The notes under the pieces were generated by a model that ran no database searches, was not told the origin of the DNA, and saw only the letters and a list, made by a program, of their open reading frames with translations. From Opitutia bacterium (lineage in GTDB: Bacteria; Verrucomicrobiota; Verrucomicrobiia; Opitutales; T3Sed10-336), in the NCBI GenBank assembly GCA_050506795.1, contig JBJHCF010000003.1:32001-96000 (forward strand): a DNA stretch of 64,000 bases, written 5' to 3'. The translations under genes were made by a program, and so were the position numbers. Positions 59,887 to 64,000 of the stretch are shown here, one piece after another. Every line of letters begins with the position of its first letter. Within the stretch, counting starts at the first letter, position 1.

Positions 59887-60930
59887 ATGAAACGACCTGT
59901 CACACTCTTCACCGGCCAATGGGCTGATCTTTCGCTTAAGGAACTGGCGCCGCTCGCCGCGAAAATGGGTTACGACGGCCTGGAACTCGCCTGCTGGGGC
60001 GACCACTTCGATGTCGAGGAAGCCGCCGGCAGCGACCAATACTGTCAGGAGAAGTGGCAGCTTCTGAGCGATAACGGCCTCACGTGTTATTCCATTTCCA
60101 ACCACCTGGTGGGGCAGGCCGTTTGCGACAACATCGATGAACGGCACCAGGCCATTCTTCCCGAATCGGTGTGGGGCGATGGCGATCCCGAGGGCGTCCG
60201 CTCCCGGGCGGCCGAAACAATGATCACCACCGGACGAGCGTGCCGGAAGTTTTTCGACGCCAAGCCGGGCCGCCAGGGCAAGGATGATTTTCCGGCGGTG
60301 GTTAACGGGTTTACCGGATCCAGCATCTGGCACGCGCTTTACGCTTTTCCGCCGACCAACCAGGAATATCTTGAGAAAGGTTTCCAGGATTTCGCCAAGC
60401 GTTGGACCCCGATCCTTGAGGCGTACGACAAGGTGAATGTCAATTTCGCCCTGGAGGCGCATCCGACCGAAATCGCCTTCGATATCGCTTCGGCGCGTCG
60501 GGCGGTTGACGCCGTGAATGGGCACAAGCGTTTTGGGTTCAACTACGATCCTTCCCACCTCGGATACCAGGGTGTGGACTACGTCCGGTTCATTCGTGAA
60601 TTCGCGGATCGGATCTACCACGTTCACATGAAGGACGCCTGGTGGGGGCACGGCGACGGCGCGGTGGGGGTTTTCGGCGGGCACACCGATTTCGGCGATC
60701 CCCGGCGGTATTGGGATTTTCGGTCCGTGGGGCGCGGCGACATCAATTTCGAAGAGGTGATTGTGGCGCTCAACGACATCGGTTACTCGGGCCCGCTTTC
60801 CGTCGAATGGGAGGACATACGCATGGACCGGGTGCATGGCGCCACCGAAGCGGCGGAACACGTGCGGCAAATCGATTTTCCCCGGAGCGATATCGCGTTC
60901 GACGCCGCCTTCGACAAGTCCGCGCAATAA
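59887..60930 (+). CDS. Sugar phosphate isomerase/epimerase (xylose-isomerase-like TIM barrel)
   Basis: [46 protein letters not shown]. Confidence 0.9.
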   Translation: MKRPVTLFTGQWADLSLKELAPLAAKMGYDGLELACWGDHFDVEEAAGSDQYCQEKWQLLSDNGLTCYSISNHLVGQAVCDNIDERHQAILPESVWGDGDPEGVRSRAAETMITTGRACRKFFDAKPGRQGKDDFPAVVNGFTGSSIWHALYAFPPTNQEYLEKGFQDFAKRWTPILEAYDKVNVNFALEAHPTEIAFDIASARRAVDAVNGHKRFGFNYDPSHLGYQGVDYVRFIREFADRIYHVHMKDAWWGHGDGAVGVFGGHTDFGDPRRYWDFRSVGRGDINFEEVIVALNDIGYSGPLSVEWEDIRMDRVHGATEAAEHVRQIDFPRSDIAFDAAFDKSAQ

Positions 60931-60981
60931 GAAGAGTCGAGAACGATACCAATACTGCGGGTACGGAATTGGAATTCCTCT

Positions 60982-63900
60982 TTATTCCGGCAAGGTAACC
61001 TGAATTCTCAGGAATGCCCGGGGTGTTCCGCCCAGTTCAATCTCTACGGTGACCCACTCGAATTCGTTGTCACCGGCTGGAATTCTGGGCGGAACCTCCC
61101 GGATGCCGTTCGTGTTCCAGCCGTCGGTGAGCCGTGAACTCGTTTGTGGCGTATACAGTAAGTCATCAGCATCGATTCGTTCCGGATAGGTGAGCCGGAG
61201 GGTGTCGCCGGTTACGACCGGGCGGGGGAGATTGTGGCCGCCGGCGGGGAGGGCGGGGTCTAGGCCGAAGGCGTATTTGATCAGGTTGGACACGCCGTCG
61301 CCCAGCGGAGCCGCCCGGGGGCCGGAAACGGCGGGGTCGTTTCGCAGGTCGCCGGAAAAGTTGTGATTCCGCCAATCGTTGAACGTTCGGATCTCCGGTC
61401 CAACTTCCGGGCGGGCGGGAAGCGGGATGACCGGAGTCAGGGTGTGACGGGCGGTTGGCATTGGATAATCAGGGGTCATGTTTTCTATCAACACCCAGGC
61501 CTCATCCTCCGAGTTTCGGCCATACAGGCGCCACCGAACCGGATCCCTTCCCGCGGCGTCGTTGGCGGTGCCGAGTTGATAGGAATCGATTTCCACCACG
61601 GTCCCGAAATCGAAAAGGAGATGACTTCCTTCTTCATGGGCGCCGTGGAAGTCGAGCCATTTGGCGTCCTGGTCTCCCAGCAGGTTGGCCGGGCCCTCCG
61701 CCGATGGGTTGTTCCCCTTGGGATTTGTCACTTCGACCGCCTCCACCGGCTGTCCTTCGCGGTAGAAGAAGAACCGGGACAATTGCACCATGCCGGCGCC
61801 AGAATCGCGCAGGGCCGAATAATCGGGGAGGTCGAAGCGGAGGAACCGGTACGCGTGGGGATGCGGCTCACGGGAGCGCACCTTGACGGTGGCCGTGCGG
61901 GGTTCGTCATCGATTCCGACGGCCACCAGGGTGAAATCGGTGTCGGCGTTTTCCGCCGGAGTGATTTCCAGGGATCCCGAGGTGGCGACTTCTCCCAGGT
62001 CCGGATGCAGGCTGACGGTGGCGGCAAAGGCGGCTTCCCATTCCAGGGTGACGGACTCTCCGTTGCGAATGACGGTGAACTCGTGTCCCGGGGCCTGACC
62101 GATATGAAATCGGCTCACGATGGCGCCGGTGGGCAGATTGAAGGCGTCTGTTTCCAGGAAACGGGTGAACCGCGTTGTCGGGGTGGGAAACTCCTGAACC
62201 CGATCGAGCAGGATCCATTCGTTTTCATCGTTGCTGCCCTCCAGGGTCCAGGAAACCGGGTCTCGGTCGATCGCGTCGTTGGCGGTCCACATCATGTAGG
62301 CGTCCATGGGGGTCGTTTCGCCGAAATCGAAAATGAGCGGCGCCGGATTGCTGCCACCGAACCATTTTGTGTCCAGGTCGCCGTCGACCAGATTGGCGGG
62401 AGATTCATTACTGACTGGAGCGGGGCCGAGGACGTCCGGCAGATCCTTGAGTTGGTCGGCGCGGCGGCTTTCGAGGATGTCTTCGCCGTCGTGATAAAAG
62501 GTGAACTCCGAAAGTTGTACGCTCGAACTGCCCCGGGTGGCCAGCGGGGTCCAGCGGTAATAGCGGAAAGCCGGGGTCGAGGGATCCACCGCCGGGCGCT
62601 CCCGGGAGGTGACTCTGATGTCATCGAGACGCAGTTCGGCACGGGGTCCCGAGCCGGATAGGAAGTAATAGCGCCATTTGAGCTGTACCAGGGGCTGGTT
62701 CTCCAGAAGGCGGGGGAGGCGAATTGGTCCGAAGTGCTCGGTATGTCCTGCCTCGGCCTGTCGCCGGTATTCCAGCGGGCGTCCATCCTGGAAGAGATCG
62801 GACCATTTGCCCGCGGCGCCGATCCGGTAGCGCAGGCGCAGCGCGTACTCTCGCTCGTTGGGTTGGATGGTTGCGGCCAGCCAGCTGACGTCTATATCGG
62901 CGGCGTCGCGGGTGTCGAGTGCCAGCAGGGCGCCTCCCAGGTCGCGTCCCCGGCCGGTGTTTATAAAACTGATACCATCGGACCCGAGGGCGTTTATCCG
63001 GGTGCGCGAGAAGGCCGCGTAGGGGTAAATGACGTCCACCGGCTGCGCGGCGTCGCTTTCCGGAATGGCGTAGGCGTATTCAAGAACGTCGTCCAGCAGG
63101 GGATCGTTGCGATCGCTTTGCAGGAACAACATGTGCGCCGGATACTCTCCCGCCTGCATCGATGGCGACCAGAAATCAAACTCGTAATCCCCGGCGGCCA
63201 GGCGGTGGGGGGCCGGATACACCAGGACGCGGATTACCTGGGACACCGCGATGCCGTCTTCGTTGGCGGCTGTGATTACGAGATTCGTGCTGCCGCTACT
63301 CCGGCCCTCGACCCGGAGGTTGTGGCCCGCGATTTCGGCTGTGGCCACGCTTTCATCGCCGGAGGCGGCGGAAAACGAAAGTTGACCCGAATGGGAAAAG
63401 TGCTGGTGGAGGTCGATGGACGGAGCGGAATCGCCGGCGATGATTTCCTGGTTCGGGAGGATTGCGACCAGGACCGGTGGTGGGTTGGTTCCGGGCAGGG
63501 GCAATCCTTCCACGGTGAAATTGTCGAAACGATTATTGCCGGCGGTCCCGCCATCACCCGGTTCGAAGGTGATTCTCAATCCGAAGTTCGGGTTGTCTCC
63601 GGCGCCGGGACGGTCGCTGAAATCAAAGGTGTGGCGTGCTGGAACTCCGTTTTCGACTTCGATGACACGGAAGGTTTGAAACGTTTCGCCATCAAGGGTG
63701 TATTCCACCGTTTGGCGTCCGGCGCCTTGACCGGACCGGCGGGCTTCATAGCGAACGACGATGTTCTGGTAACCGGAGGTCGGGACTTCGACGGTGATGG
63801 CAGCCCCCACCGGATTGTTGACCCGCAGATGTTCGCCGACCTGAAATCCCAGTCGGGAGTTTTCTCCGGTGAAGTCCTGTCCGGTTCCGAAAACGAATTC

Positions 63901-64000
63901 GGTCGCCGCCCCCGGTTCAAGCTGCAGGGTGGCCGATCCGAGGGCGAAATCCGGATCGATTGTCTCCCCGTTGAAACTCCAGTAGGCCATCAGGCTCAGT
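60982..64000 (-). CDS. 3' part of a very large exported multidomain protein (beta-sandwich/Ig-like, two F5/8-like domains, C-terminal module)
   Basis: Frame stays open to the window edge; two TAND...RDP..W.L.G domains; DGVSNLIKYAFGLDP...FLRIQV tail. Confidence 0.85.
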   Translation of the reverse strand, partial: LSLMAYWSFNGETIDPDFALGSATLQLEPGAATEFVFGTGQDFTGENSRLGFQVGEHLRVNNPVGAAITVEVPTSGYQNIVVRYEARRSGQGAGRQTVEYTLDGETFQTFRVIEVENGVPARHTFDFSDRPGAGDNPNFGLRITFEPGDGGTAGNNRFDNFTVEGLPLPGTNPPPVLVAILPNQEIIAGDSAPSIDLHQHFSHSGQLSFSAASGDESVATAEIAGHNLRVEGRSSGSTNLVITAANEDGIAVSQVIRVLVYPAPHRLAAGDYEFDFWSPSMQAGEYPAHMLFLQSDRNDPLLDDVLEYAYAIPESDAAQPVDVIYPYAAFSRTRINALGSDGISFINTGRGRDLGGALLALDTRDAADIDVSWLAATIQPNEREYALRLRYRIGAAGKWSDLFQDGRPLEYRRQAEAGHTEHFGPIRLPRLLENQPLVQLKWRYYFLSGSGPRAELRLDDIRVTSRERPAVDPSTPAFRYYRWTPLATRGSSSVQLSEFTFYHDGEDILESRRADQLKDLPDVLGPAPVSNESPANLVDGDLDTKWFGGSNPAPLIFDFGETTPMDAYMMWTANDAIDRDPVSWTLEGSNDENEWILLDRVQEFPTPTTRFTRFLETDAFNLPTGAIVSRFHIGQAPGHEFTVIRNGESVTLEWEAAFAATVSLHPDLGEVATSGSLEITPAENADTDFTLVAVGIDDEPRTATVKVRSREPHPHAYRFLRFDLPDYSALRDSGAGMVQLSRFFFYREGQPVEAVEVTNPKGNNPSAEGPANLLGDQDAKWLDFHGAHEEGSHLLFDFGTVVEIDSYQLGTANDAAGRDPVRWRLYGRNSEDEAWVLIENMTPDYPMPTARHTLTPVIPLPARPEVGPEIRTFNDWRNHNFSGDLRNDPAVSGPRAAPLGDGVSNLIKYAFGLDPALPAGGHNLPRPVVTGDTLRLTYPERIDADDLLYTPQTSSRLTDGWNTNGIREVPPRIPAGDNEFEWVTVEIELGGTPRAFLRIQVTLPE

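Overview
GC-rich bacterial chromosomal segment, most likely PVC superphylum (Verrucomicrobia/Opitutales-like; inferred from gene families, not from a marker gene). Housekeeping genes: sdhAB, thpR, cysC-cysD-cysN-menA, nfeD/flotillin, yceI, an ECF sigma/anti-sigma pair, a YyaL-hemY-xerD-queA run and ribH-nusB-ftsY. These alternate with carbohydrate/periplasmic redox genes (two DUF1080+ThuA proteins, two Gfo/Idh/MocA oxidoreductases, a xylose-isomerase-like TIM barrel, two large PVC-type CxxCH heme proteins, a PL4-like lyase) and large exported proteins. Five unrelated exported proteins end in related C-terminal modules (full ~130 aa form in four, distal ~75 aa in one), a candidate sorting/secretion signal. 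About 21.5-27.1 kb is a decayed accessory region: stacked short-repeat motifs, a probable IS481-type end, spliced sulfatase/oxidoreductase fragments, a strong promoter ahead of a hairpin-rich ~430 nt leader, and blaI with two visible operators next to an internally deleted blaR1/M56 gene. REP/REPIN-like palindromes lie in convergent intergenic gaps. No rRNA, tRNA, CRISPR array, intact transposase or reverse transcriptase was recognised. All family calls are by eye from motifs; no searches were run.
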